Assembly: GCA_013239625.1 (NCBI GenBank)
Contig: MU054220.1
Coordinates: 7,165,367-7,229,366, forward strand
Length of the DNA stretch: 64,000 nt
DNA from: Lama guanicoe
Lineage: Eukaryota
Direction of reading: 5' to 3'
This document shows, piece after piece, positions 1 to 12,150 of the stretch. Both the position numbers and the translations under genes were made by a program. Below the pieces are notes generated by a model. It was not told the origin of the DNA. It was given only the letters and a program-made list of their open reading frames with translations, and did no database searches. Within the stretch, counting starts at the first letter, position 1; every line of letters starts with the position of its first letter.

Positions 1-133
1 AAAATGAAAAATTGAGATAGATTCCACCAACTAAGTTGATGCTTTATCATACTTCCCTTTCTGCTGACGGGCTGGCTTGCTTCTTTATGTGTATTTACAC
101 CCATGTATGTACATCTGTGTATATATGCACATA

Positions 134-1940
134 TCTGGTGTCATATCCAAAAAATTGTTGCCAAGACCAATGTCAAAGAACTTTTTTCCCTGTGTGTTCT
201 TCTAGGAGTTTTATGGTTTTGCTTCTTACATTTAAGTCTTTAATCCATTTCAAGTTATTTTTCTGACTGGTGTAACGAATGGATCCAGTTTTATTCTTTT
301 GTATGTAAATATCCTGTATTAGCAACAACATTTATTAAAAAGACTATCTTTTCCCCATTGAGTAGTCATGACTCCCTCATCAAATATCAGTTAACTGAAT
401 ATGCATAGGTTTATTTCTGGGCTCTCTAGTCTATGCCATTGGTCTATGTGTTTCTTTTTATGCCAGTACCATACTGTTTTGTTATATAGCTTTGAAATAT
501 AGTTTTAAATAAGGACGTCCTCCTGGCTGTTTCTGAAGATTTTCTTAGCTATTGGAGGTCTTTATGGTTCCATACTAATTTAACTTTTTTAAGTCTATAA
601 AAATACCATTAAAATTTTGATAAGGATTACATTGAAACTATAAATAGCTTTAAATCTATATAAGCTAGTATACTGGTATATGTCCAGTGTACTAGTACAT
701 ATCTAGTACAGACATTTTAACAATACTAATTATGATCCATGAATATTGGATATCTTTCATTTATTTGTGTGTTCTTCAATTTCTTTCAGCTATATCTTAT
801 AGTTTTCAGTTAGATCTTTTAATTCTTTGATTAAATTTATTCCTAAGTATTTTATTATTTTTGATGCTGTTGTAAATGGGATTGTTTTCCTTATTTCTTT
901 TTCAGATATGTTATTGTTAGTGTATAGAAATATAACTAATTTTGTATGCTCATTCTGTATCCTGCAACTTTACTGAATTAATTTATTAGTTCTAACAGCT
1001 TTTTGGTGGAATTCATAGGGTTTTTATATATAAATCACATCATAAGCAGAGACAATTTTGCTTCCTCCTTTCCGATTGAGATGACTTTTGTTTCTTGTAT
1101 TTGCCTAATTTCTCTGGCTGGGACATCTAGTAGTATGTTTAAAAAGAGTGATGAGAGTGGGCACCCTTGTCTTGTTCCCGATTTTAGAAGAAAATATTTA
1201 AGCTTTTCACCATTGAGTATGATGCTAACTGTGGGTTTCACACACATGGCCTTTATTATGTTAAGGTATGTTCCTTCTATACCCAATTTGTTGAGAACTT
1301 TTATCATGAAAGGGTGTTGAATCTTATCACCTTTTCTGCATTTGTTGAAAGGATGACATGATTTTTATCCTTCATTCTATAATATGGTTTATCATGTGTA
1401 CTGGTTAGTGTATGTTGAACCATCCTTGCATTTCAGAAATGAACTCTGCCTGATCATGATACATGATCCTTTTAGAGTGCTATTGAATTGGTTTGCTAGA
1501 ATCTTTTTGAGAATTTTTGTATCTATATTCATCAAGGATATTGTCCTGTAGTTTTCTTTTCTTGTGGTGTCTTTATCTGGCTTATATATCAGGGTAATGC
1601 TGGCCACACAAAATGATTTTGGGAATGTTCCCTCCCCTTCAGTTCTTTAGACATGTTTGAGAAGGACTGATGTTAATTCTTGTTTGAAAGTTTGTTGAAA
1701 TTCACCAGTAGAGTCATTTGGTCTGGGCTTTCCTTTATTGTGAAAGTTTTGATGACTTCTTCAATCTCCTTAATTCTTGTTCATCTGTTCAAATTTTCTG
1801 TTTCTTTGTGATTCAACCTTGGTAGGTTGTACATTTCTAGGAATTCATTTATTCTATGTTCTCCAATTTTTGACCTATAATTGTTCATAGCAATCTCTTA
1901 GAATCCTTTGTATTTATGTGGTGTCATTTGTAATGTCTCC
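134..1940 (-). mobile_element. LINE-1 ORF2 fragment (reverse transcriptase region), decayed
   Basis: Minus-strand ORFs 1035-1307 ([14 protein letters not shown]...GTRQGCPLS) and 1392-1607 ([30 protein letters not shown]) are typical L1 ORF2 RT peptides; frame broken by stops and frameshifts. Confidence 0.95.
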
Positions 1941-2762
1941 TGCCAGGCCTCTGAGCAAACTGGACTTGTTTCTGACAATAAGTATAGGGCTCAGGATTTC
2001 CAGAAGCACGGATGGGAATTACTCCTGCTGCCAGACTGGCTGACTGTAGCCGTTAAGAATCTGGCTCAGCATACAGGGACCTTTTAGGATCTCTGGGGGT
2101 ACAGATAGGAGGTTCTCTTGCTTTATCCCTGTGTCCAGCTTATGGGGCTGTGGCTCAGCAGGTGTTGATGCCTAGTTAAGGCCCTTTCAGGATCTCTGCA
2201 GGCACAGACAGGAGTGTTTCCTGCATGGTCCGTCTGTCAGAAAGAATATTCACAGACTGTGTTTGGGACAGGACTGAAGCCCAGTTACAGGGCATTTTCA
2301 TAATCTACAATCTGATTGAATTTGGTGGACTTACCTCCAGGGACTCCCAGATTGTAGCCAAGAAGGTCTGAATTTGGCTCATGGGACACTTCAAGGACCA
2401 TGGCCAGGACCAATGTCCATATGTCTATTTCTGATGCATGGGTGGACATGATTTTTCCCAGTCCCTTGGTGTATGGTGCTGGTGATGGATCCAAAGCCAA
2501 ATGGGGCTGTAACCAAGTTCTCAGGGGTTCAGAGCTATTTATGGTGTCTGTAGCCAGGACCATGGTTAGTGAGTCAGCTGCCTTTGTGCAAGCCTGACTG
2601 GCTCTCCGTGGTCTTGGAATTCCCTGGGATTTCACAGTTTCCTCCTGAATTCCAGAGCTCCCATGAAGACACTTTTGTCTGTGGATGGATGCCAAGTCAT
2701 CGTTGCTAAGGGGGGAATGTGTGCAAGGGATGTCTTATTGGCCATTTTGCTGATGTCACGTT
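1941..2762 (-). mobile_element. Probable LINE-1 5'UTR segment joined directly to the ORF2 fragment
   Basis: GC-richer segment ending GCCATTTTGCTGATGTCAC (minus strand GTGACATCAGCAAAATGGC), which resembles L1 5' termini. Confidence 0.6.
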
Positions 2763-2769
2763 CCTCCGC

Positions 2770-2882
2770 ACCTCTTGATTTTGAATTTCTGGACTCCAAA
2801 ACTGTGAGAGAATAAATTTCGATTCTTCAGAGCCATCCCATTTGTGGTACTGTATTATAGCAGTCGTAGGAAGATAATACAC
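2770..2882 (+). mobile_element. MaLR (MLT1-type) LTR 3' end
   Basis: CTCCAAAACTGTGAGAGAATAAATTTC...TTTGTGGTACTGTATTATAGCAG...TAATACA, the MLT1 terminal motif. Confidence 0.8.
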
Positions 2883-4504
2883 TGCTAAAGTGTATTTGAT
2901 TTTTAAAGGTTGCTTATGTAGAGAAAGCCCCATCAGAAAAACTAGAAAAAATGCTTCTCCAGTGTGTATTTATACGTTATGGCACTTAGACCAGTGCGAG
3001 CCATCCCATCTCAAACTCTACCACAGAAGCAACTGCAATTCATGTATATTCATAATTCAACTGCTTCTTCTGCTTTAAGTGAATACCAAACTGGCATAAC
3101 TCATTGGATTCGGAGAATGACACTATATTAAGTAAGAAAGTAACTACCAAGTGGCTGTGCAGCCAGCCTATCCTTGAATACTCAGATGACAATAAACTCA
3201 CTACTTTTTTTAAGGCAGTCTATTCCACCCTTGAATAGTTTTCACGGCTTAGACACTTATTTTTATGTTGAGCAGAAATTGCATTTCCTGTCGTTACCAC
3301 TTTTGGGTCTTGTTCTGTTCCTCGAAGCACACCAAACAGTTTTAATTGCACTTTATCAGAACAACCCAGGAAGGCTGATTCATGGCCAGTGTCCTCCAAG
3401 TCTGTTTGCTTTCTGTGGACTCCATACCCTCCTAGCCTTCAAGCGTGGCTCACGTGACGTGGTTGCAGTGGACAGCACCGTTCCAGTCGCTCCCCTCATC
3501 TTGTTTACAGTAACCATGTGCACTGGCATTTCAGCTCCACGCCTTTTTGCTGCCAGTCAGCACAGTGCGGGCTTTGTTCTCCCAGGACATCCCTGCCTGG
3601 CCAGCTCACCCAAGTAAAACAAGGTTTAATTAAACCTTAATGTTGCACTCGGCTCTTACCGAACTGTTATTTTACTTCCTTGAGCTATTAGCAGAATACA
3701 TAATGAGAGCGGATGGAGCGCAGAGTCAGCCTCACTCACACAGGGTAGCATTCTGTCATCAGTAAGAGTCTCCTTTTACTGAGCTTACTTTTTGGCTCAT
3801 CACAGAGGTCTCAATTTTTCCTCGCAAAGAGACATACTTGTAGCAATGTTGAGACACATTTGTAGCAATGTTCGTTCTTTCTGAGTTATGAAAGTGGCAT
3901 TAAAAAATATCTTAAAATACCTGAAGATTTCTGAATGAAAAGAAGCTTTATTTAGTGCAAAAGTTTGGAGGGGGGAGTTTCCCCCACATGCTGCTATGAC
4001 CCAGTTACCTCTGTCACATTCATGAATTGTCTAAATGGAAACTACTCATCTTCCAAGACTCCAAAAGCTAAATAGCCCATAAAATATTCCACATTTGAAC
4101 TGATAACAATTTCTCTCCTGCTTTTAATTTATGACAGAAGTAATCATCCCAGTTATTAAATCTCCAGGGAAAAAAATAAACCAAAAAGTGATACCACCTA
4201 GGGATCCCTGAAATTACCAATTTTTTCAACCTGGTCATAAATCCTCAGAAAACCTCAATTGTTAAACGTTGATCCAATGAGAGTTATTTCAATAGTTGAC
4301 TCTTATTGTCTGCCTTACAGAAGTACAAGAAAAAATGTGATTACATGGTTTGATAAACACATGTAACTTGTCAACTACTTTTGTTGTCTCTAATAGCTAA
4401 AGAAAAATATGAAAAAATATCACAACATGTAGACTTCTTGTACTGTATCATTGAACTGTGAGTGTATCTTTTTGGCAATTCACCTCTTGCTTTCTTAACC
4501 TTTT

Positions 4505-4506
<2 letters not shown>

Positions 4507-4544
<38 letters not shown>

Positions 4545-4560
4545 TAATAATAATAATGAT
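4507..4560. repeat. (AAT)n microsatellite
   Basis: About 17 AAT units with one interruption. Confidence 0.95.
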
Positions 4561-4897
4561 GTGCTCTGTTTATTTTGAGGTAAAAACCAAAGAGCCTAAA
4601 AGACTTGCTAGATAGATTGTCACGTTAAATAAGAATAGTTTAAAGGAGCTACATTGTATTAACTCCACTTTAGATGAAATGTTGCGACACAGAATGTTGA
4701 GAGGTCACTATTCAAAGCTGCACAGGCCATGGAAAAGTAAAATATCAAGTTTGCGTATAAATGATCTCATTTTAGTTCTTCCTATGCAATCTGAATTATT
4801 TTAAAATGTATGTAAAAATACTTCAATTTGGATAGTCTGTGTATACACCTAGCTAGTATCTATATTATGTGCTTTTTAACATGTGTAAAGATCATGA

Positions 4898-4902
<5 letters not shown>

Positions 4903-4932
<30 letters not shown>
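4903..4932. repeat. (TA)n microsatellite
   Basis: About 15 TA units. Confidence 0.95.
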
Positions 4933-4937
<5 letters not shown>

Positions 4938-5849
4938 ATTGAGCCCATTCTTTAAAAAATGAATCTCAAATACCTTCACGTTTAGAATTTGAAGTATAAA
5001 ATGAAAATAAAATCTGATATTCTAAAGGATGTAAAGTTTTCATAGCTCAAATATAAAAGCAATCGACTTTATTATTTGCTTAATCCTTAATTTTTTACAA
5101 TAGTCCCAGAGTTAATATAGATTGCAGTGAAGTCAATTTTCTAAATTGCATTTGAGATATATTTTGTTGGTGCTTAACAGACTGAATGTCTAGGAGACAT
5201 ACAAGCAAAGTAAAGCGGACTTATATAAGGCTCATCTCCAATTCTTGGCTAATTTATAGGAAATGTTTATTAAATGAATCGCTGACCAACAGACTGACAG
5301 ATGGACTGACTAACTGACTAAATCAATGACTATGAAAATATATTCATGCATTGAGCTGAGAGGCAAGAATTATGTTGAAGCACTGGAGCTTTTGATGAGT
5401 ATTATCTTCTTAATGATGGCAGATAAAGATAGAAGCCCTCTTCTTGGTCATTCATTTTCTGCAAGGGAACAGTGAGGCTCAATGAGTCTGAAATAAATCT
5501 GAAACGCTGACACTTCTCGTACGGTTCTTTCTACTTATGCATGGGAAAGAGGCCTTCCTGTGTGAACAAGACACCTCCCGTAATCCCAAAGAGCATGTGC
5601 CCTCCACACGCAGTCTCTGTTGACAGCCCTGGGGTGGGAGTCAGGGACTTTCTGCATGGATCCATGGGGAAGTCAACAGAAGCCTTATAATGCCTCCCTC
5701 TGCCATTGCTATAGACACCCCTTAGCAGCAAGACTGAATCTCAGCCCTGCAGCCCAGACCCTTTCCAGCAGCCACATTCAGCACTGAAGGTTTGCCATCA
5801 GTTGCCCCAAACCTGGGAGTCTTCCCTTGTCCTATTTTTCATTCTCAGG

Positions 5850-6250
5850 CTACAAGCAAATCCTACTGGGCTTTCTTCCCCAAAAAATGTTTCAAAGTCC
5901 ACATTTCTTACATCCATTTCTATCACTGGGTTTGAGCCTTTATCACTCTGGCCTGGACTCCTGCAATATTCCTCAACTTTCCTCCCTGCACTCAATCTGA
6001 CCCTCAATGTCCATTTTCTACACGTCAGTTAATATCATCTTTAAAAAATGTGAAACAGGTCAGTAGCGCTCTCTTCTTACATCTTACAGGATTCCTATTA
6101 CACTGAGAACTCAATCCAAAAATCTTATCAGGAGCTAAAAGTCCCTGCACTTTTTCTGTTTGTCTACCTCTCCAATTTCAGTTTTTAACAGTATCCTTCT
6201 TACCACACTCAGGGTGCAACAGTTTCCTGTTGGCTCCTTGGACATGTAAA
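5850..6250 (+). mobile_element. LINE-2 fragment
   Basis: GCCTGGACTCCTGCAATATTCCTCAAC...CTCCCTGC resembles the L2 3' consensus. Confidence 0.6.
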
Positions 6251-6507
6251 TATTGCAAGCGGATCTAAATTCCTTTGGTCCTGCACAATATACAGGCACT
6301 AGACTCTTTCTGGTAGATGGTAATAGGCAGAGAAGCCTGAGTGAAATAAGAATTAACTATACTCTCAGCACTAGGTAACAGTAAAGCAAAGTCACTGAGC
6401 TAATTTTGCCAAGCATGCAGATACTTACTAGACATACATGCTTGACTTAGTGAGTAGGCACAAAATAGTTCTGAAAATAAAGCAAAGCTCCATCTTTCTG
6501 TTCTTTT

Positions 6508-6637
6508 TTTTTTTTTTTCCGGTGGGAGAGGTAATTAGGTTTTATTGTCTATTTTTAGAGAAGGTACTGGGGATTAAATCCAGGACCTCGTGCATGCTAA
6601 GCATGCGCTCTGCCCCTTGAGCTATACTGTCCCCCCC
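6508..6637 (-). mobile_element. Camelid-type tRNA-derived SINE with target-site duplication
   Basis: Minus strand reads GGGG..GTATAGCTCAAGGGGCAGAGCGCATGCTTAGCATGCACGAGGTCCTGGATTTAATCCCCAGTACC followed by an A tail; 17-bp TSD CATCTTT(C/T)TGTTCTTTT at 6491-6507 and 6638-6654. Confidence 0.9.
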
Positions 6638-7419
6638 CATCTTTTTGTTCTTTTAGGTGCTCTGAATGTCACCTTTCAGCAGACTGCATTCCAGAGGCAG
6701 AATTAGTATGTATTTTTAGTTGGATCAGCCAATGAAATGTTCTTCTAACTCATGGCTGGACACAGAATGATTTATGGATCAAGCTTCAGGAATCTCCCCT
6801 GACATAAGAATATAAACTTGACACCTCACTCGATTCTTTAACCATGTTGATATAAAGGTGAGGAATGTCCCCAAAATATGCAGGTTGATCCACATATCAT
6901 GAAGACCTTTAATTTCACCAATAAAGGCCCATTTCTACTATTTTTAATGCCAAGTATCAAGACATTTATTTGCCAATAAATCCCAGCTTACTAGTTTGTA
7001 ATAATGATGATCATTAGCTGACCATCTGGTGTTGACTAAGAGAAGGAAAAAAAAAATTTTGGTAGCTATCTCTGGAATGTGAATTTTCTTACATAATTTT
7101 GGACTGTGGGTTCTTGATTGAAACAGGAAACCCCCTCTTTCCTGGAGTCAAAGTTTAAGAAGCTGAAACTTACATAATATCACACTATCTACACTGAAGT
7201 AGTGCCATAATGTGAAAACATTTTAACATCATTTCCAGAATTTCACAACTGCTGCTGGCTCTGTATAAGAAATGGTATAAACACCCTTCCTAAAGCTCTT
7301 CACATGTCAGCTCTTTCTTATTCTTCAGACTAAACCCCAAATGTCACACTTTCAAACAGTCCTTCCCTGACCAAGCTACCCAAAGCATTAGTAACAGTAA
7401 GCATAAAACAGTGACAGTA

Positions 7420-7640
7420 ACCACAACTATAATAATAACCAGTAATTTTGAGCCAAGTACTAGGCTAATCGCTGTACATTTATTGACTAAACCTCACAAC
7501 AAGCCTATGAATTGGAATACTTATCTTTGTTTTGCAGATGAGGAAATAAGACACAGACTTGCCAACATGACTTAATGGGGGAGTAGCAGAGCTGGGATTT
7601 GAATCTAGTGAGTCTCAGTCCAGCATTCATCCTATTCACA
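7420..7640 (-). mobile_element. MIR SINE
   Basis: MIR core TTTTGCAGATGAGGAAA...GAGCTGGGATTTGAATCTAG. Confidence 0.75.
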
Positions 7641-7729
7641 GTTAAGAAACACTGACCCCATTCTGTTTATTTCTTAATAGTTTTTTTTACATAATCTGTA
7701 TGTATTTTTATTTAATTCGTTGTTTTTTC

Positions 7730-7845
7730 TCATCTCTCACCAAAATATAAGTTTCTTCAGGGCAAGGGATAATGTCTATCTTGTTCATCATTCTATCACA
7801 GAATCTAATACATTCCCTGACACATCGTTCGTGCTCAATAAATAC
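7730..7845 (+). mobile_element. LINE-2 3' end
   Basis: AGGGCAAGGGA...TCTTGTTCA...CCTGACACAT..GTGCTCAATAAATA. Confidence 0.7.
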
Positions 7846-7904
7846 AGTTTTGCAAAAAAAAAAAGAATGAGAGTGATTGAACTCAGGTATAGTGTTGCTA
7901 ATTC

Positions 7905-9058
7905 TCTCTGCTCTATGAAAGATACTGTCAAGAGAACGAGAGGAATGGGAGAAAATGTTTGCAAAAGACACATCGGATAATGGACTGTTATCCAAAATGT
8001 ACAAAGAACTCAATAATGAAGAAACAAACAACCCCATCAAAAAATAGACCAAAGACTTGATCAGATGCTTCACTAAAGAAGATATACAGATAAGACATAT
8101 GAAAAAATCTTCGCCTTACGTATAATTAGGGAAATGCACATTAAAACGACAACATAACCACTACACATCTATCAGAATGGCTAAAACTGAAAATATTGAC
8201 AACACCAAATACTGGTGAGGGTGTGGAGTGACAGGAACTCATATTCATTGCTGATGGGAATGCAAAATGGTACAGCCACCTTGGAAGACAGTTTGGTGAT
8301 CTCTCACAAAACTAAACATACTCTTATCGTATGTTCCAGCAGTTGTGCTCCTTGGTATTTACCCAAAGGAGGTGAAAACTTACGTCCACAAAAAACAAAC
8401 ACCTTCACACAGATGTTTATAGTGGATTTATTCATAATTGCCAAAACTTAGATGCAACTAAGATGTCCTTCGGTAGGTGAATGGATAAATAAACTGTTGT
8501 ACATCGAGAAAATGGAATATTATTCAGTACTCAAAAGAAATGAGCTCACAAACCATTTTTAATATTAAGTAATAGCAATAAGCCATATTTCTTAATATTA
8601 AGTGAAAGAAACCAATCTGAAAAGGCCACATGCTATACGATTCTGACTATATGACATTCTGGAAAAGTCAAAACTATGGAGACAATAAAAAAATTGTTTG
8701 TTGCCTTGGGTTGGGGGGAGAAGAGAGAGGAGTGAATAGGTGAACTATAGAGGATTTTTGGGGCAGTTAAACTATTTTATGAGCTACTTTAATGGTGGAT
8801 ACACATCATTATACTTTTGTCTAAACCCATAACATGTACAATACCGAGTGAACTCTAATGCAAACTATAAACTTTGGGTGCTAATTATGTGTCAATGTAG
8901 GGTCATTAATTGTAACAAATGTACCACTGTGGTGTAGGATATCCATAGTGTGGGATTTTGCATATTTGGGGATAGGAGATATAGGAACTCTGTACTTTTC
9001 ATTCAATTTTGCTGTGAACTTAGAACTTTTCTCCAAGCTTATTAAAACACACAAAAAA
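7905..9058 (+). mobile_element. Old LINE-1 (L1MB/L1MC-like) ORF2 end and 3'UTR
   Basis: GGAGAAAATGTTTGCAAA, AATGGATAAATAAACTGT, TGACATTCTGGAAAAG, CAATTTTGCTGTGAAC and an A-rich end. Confidence 0.9.
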
Positions 9059-10459
9059 TACAGCAGATCACCTGCATTTGCATCATTTTAAGGATAGTGT
9101 CCAAACTTCTTAGCATGGCATGTGACATCTCTCATGAACTTGTCCCTGCCTAAACATGCATGTTAATTTGTTACACCTACACTTCTTTGTGTCCATGTGT
9201 ACATATGCACGTGCATATGCGCATGCACACACACACGTCTTTGCCCCACCTCTCACACTCTGATGATTCAGAACTTCATTCACTGAAGCAAAGGTCTCAG
9301 GCTCTTTTTCAGACTGTCCCCTGTGAGTGGTGAGAGTTTCTGCTTTTCTTTGATTGACTAATTCTTACTTGTCTTTCGAGCCTTATTTTCTCAGAAGGCT
9401 GTTCTTAATTCTCCACTAATCTAATTCAGGTGCCTCTGATTGCACCCAGTACAAACCTTATTTTATCACAGAAGATGTCAAATTGTTCTATGACTGTTTA
9501 TATATGTATATATGTGGCTGTATCCTTCAATAGACTATGCGTTCCTTGACGTAGAATCGGGGTTGTTTTAGCACAGTTCTATGTCCATAGTTGGTGCTCC
9601 AGAAATGTTTTTTGGATAAATGAATGGGGTGGGGTGGCGGGTGGCGTAAGCTCTGATCCTAGAGCATTTCCAGGCGTGACAACTGCCTGTGGCAATCTGC
9701 CCTTCAGGGGAAGTGTGTGTAGTTGCTGGAAGCATGCTCCATCTTTAGTGGAGAGGGCCAACTTCGTTCCCTGGTGATGTCAATATGGCATCTTTCACCA
9801 GCTTGAACGTCCCCTGGCACTGAAAACACATAAAGTCTGGAAGCTGTTTATGAGACTGAGAAGGTGAGTCAACAGACCCTGTTCCAAGTTGGCAAGAAGG
9901 AGCACAGTCCTAAACAGCTAAAGCTCCGTAATTCACATTAAGCTTCTCATTAATTTAAATGTTAATGTAAATTTAAAACATGTTGTATTGATTTGGAACT
10001 GTTTTTGTGTGAATATTGCATAACTGAGCTCTCTAACGGCAGAATCCAAATGGACATCTCTTCACATCAACTTACGATTAAGAAAGAAATGAGGCTTTTT
10101 CTTTCTTCTCTCTCTCTTTTTGATCATGCAAAACCATTTGTTTTAGTTACGTGGTCTGGCCATGAGAACTTCTGACTTTGCTTGCGACTGATTTGGATAG
10201 TCCTCAGCAAAAATATCAAATTATGAATCTATTATTTTGGAGTATTGTACGTAAATGTCAAATGTATACAGAGATCAGTGTCCTTCCCATCTCACTGATG
10301 AGAAATCGAAAGTCTATGACCGTGCTGGTCATTTCAGCCTAGTTCGTTAGTTCTTCAGCCAGAATCTCCTTCTGCTGGGATTTATAGTTCCCTATTTTAA
10401 AAGAAAACATCATTTCAAAGGATGTCGTACTGTGTTAGGCTCTCGTCAGAGAAATAATG

Positions 10460-10740
10460 GTGGTGATAATAATGATGATGAAAATGAAATCTGGAAGTTT
10501 TTGCATATGCTTTCTTACTCTGTGCCAGATCTTGATGCAAAGTCTTAAAAAAAAAAAAACTCACTTAATCCCCAAGGTAGCACAGAGAGGGGGCTGCTGC
10601 TGTTACCCTATTTTAGAGATAAGGAACCTGTCCCCTGGAGAGATTAAGCCACATCCCTAACATTCCACAACTGGAAAGGGATGTTGCTGGCCCTAGGACT
10701 CAGGCTGGTCTGACGCCAAGGTCTTTTTCATCCGCACTAT
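10460..10740 (-). mobile_element. MIR SINE
   Basis: CCTATTTTAGAGATAAGGAAC..GGAGAGATTAAG core. Confidence 0.65.
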
Positions 10741-10801
10741 GCTCTTTGGGTCTTAAATCGCACAGTGTGATTGATACTTGCAGCCCTAGAGAAGTGAATT
10801 C

Positions 10802-11072
10802 CTCATGGACAGAGAATACAGACTTGTGGTTACTGGGGGGGGGGTAGAGGGGGGGAGGGGATAGACTGGGATTTCAAAATTGTAGAATAGATAAACAAGA
10901 TTACACTGTATAGCACAGGGAAATATACACAAAATGTTATGATAAATCACAGAGATAAAAATGTGACAATGAGTGTGTATATGTCCATGAATGACTGAAA
11001 AATTGTGCTGAACACTGGAATTTGACACAACACTGTAAAATGATTATGAATCAATAAAAAATGTAAAAAAAA
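10802..11072 (+). mobile_element. Young 5'-truncated LINE-1 3' end (camelid-type)
   Basis: CTGTATAGCACAGGGAAATATA...AACACTGTAAAATGATTATGAATCAATAAAAAATGT followed by an A tail. Confidence 0.9.
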
Positions 11073-11324
11073 TTTTTTTAATTTGCATTCTTTTTTATTG
11101 AGGTATAGTCAGCTTACAATATGTCAATTTCTGGTGTACAGCATGTTTCAGTCATACGTATACATACATGTATTCCTTTTTCTATTCTTTTTCATCATAG
11201 ATTACTATAAGATATTGAATATAGTTCCCAGTAGAAACTTGTTGTTCATCTATTTTATATATAGTAGTTAGTATCTGCAAATCTGGAACTCCCAGTTTAT
11301 CCCTTCCCTAACCGTAAGTTTATT
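11073..11324 (-). mobile_element. 5'-truncated LINE-1 3' end (artiodactyl-type)
   Basis: T tract, then TTTATTGAGGTATAGTC..TTACAAT..TTTCTGGTGTACAGCA...ATATTGAATATAGTTCCC. Confidence 0.9.
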
Positions 11325-11939
11325 TAGAGTAGTGGATTTCTTGTTGAAGACATGCATATAAACATGCAATTAAGGATATAATGTTACCATTGAGAAGCTG
11401 GGTAGATGGATGACATCCAAAAACGCAGTTCCTAGTTCCTGAACATCTCGTGTCTTATTTCCTTCACCTACACACTATGAAATTTGATTAGTGAGGCCTC
11501 TTCAGTCCCACGTTCTGTGAACCTGTGTAATGATATGATTCACTTTGTTCTGATCAACAAACTCTCTGCCTGGTTCTTCTCTTCACAACCACCCCCTACA
11601 GGGCTTCACATCCGATGCTTCTGCCCCTGCAGACAGCCCCACCCAGCTCAGCTCTCTGTACTCCCATGCGTACGAAGTAAGCCTCCTGCTCGCAACACAT
11701 TTCTCTGAAACACGCTAAATACCAGGCAGAAAACTCAGGCTGCAAGACAGAAAAAGCAGCATTTTGCTCCCCTAAACATAGCAGTGAAATACAAAACCAT
11801 AGTCCAAGCCTTCATGTATCAAAAGATAATACCAACCAATGCTTTCAGAGGCTCAGATAGTATAAGACCGAGAGAACTTACTGAAATTGAATATTTACTG
11901 GCCTAGAAGAAGCCAACAAACTCTGTAGGGCCAGGATGC

Positions 11940-12150
11940 ATCGCACAGTAAGGGCTTTAGGCTCTGAGATCACACAGACCTGGTAACTCTGCACTTACTA
12001 TTTCTCTCTGGGCAACTGACATGCCTCAGTTTCCTCACCTAAAAACAAGAATAATAATTCAAAATTATAATAGGGTCGTTATAAAGTTTAATCTATAAAA
12101 TAATGCAGAGAGTTTATCCCAGTATCAGATACGTAATGCAGGCTTAAATT
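11940..12150 (+). mobile_element. MIR SINE
   Basis: GCCTCAGTTTCCTCACCTAAAAA..GAATAATAAT core. Confidence 0.7.

Noticed and set aside
1003..1607. Reverse-transcriptase-like ORFs as a functional gene
   Set aside because: Fragmented L1 ORF2 with stops and frameshifts
3461..3480. REST/RE1 site at TGGACAGCACC
   Set aside because: Only the right half-site; the left half is absent
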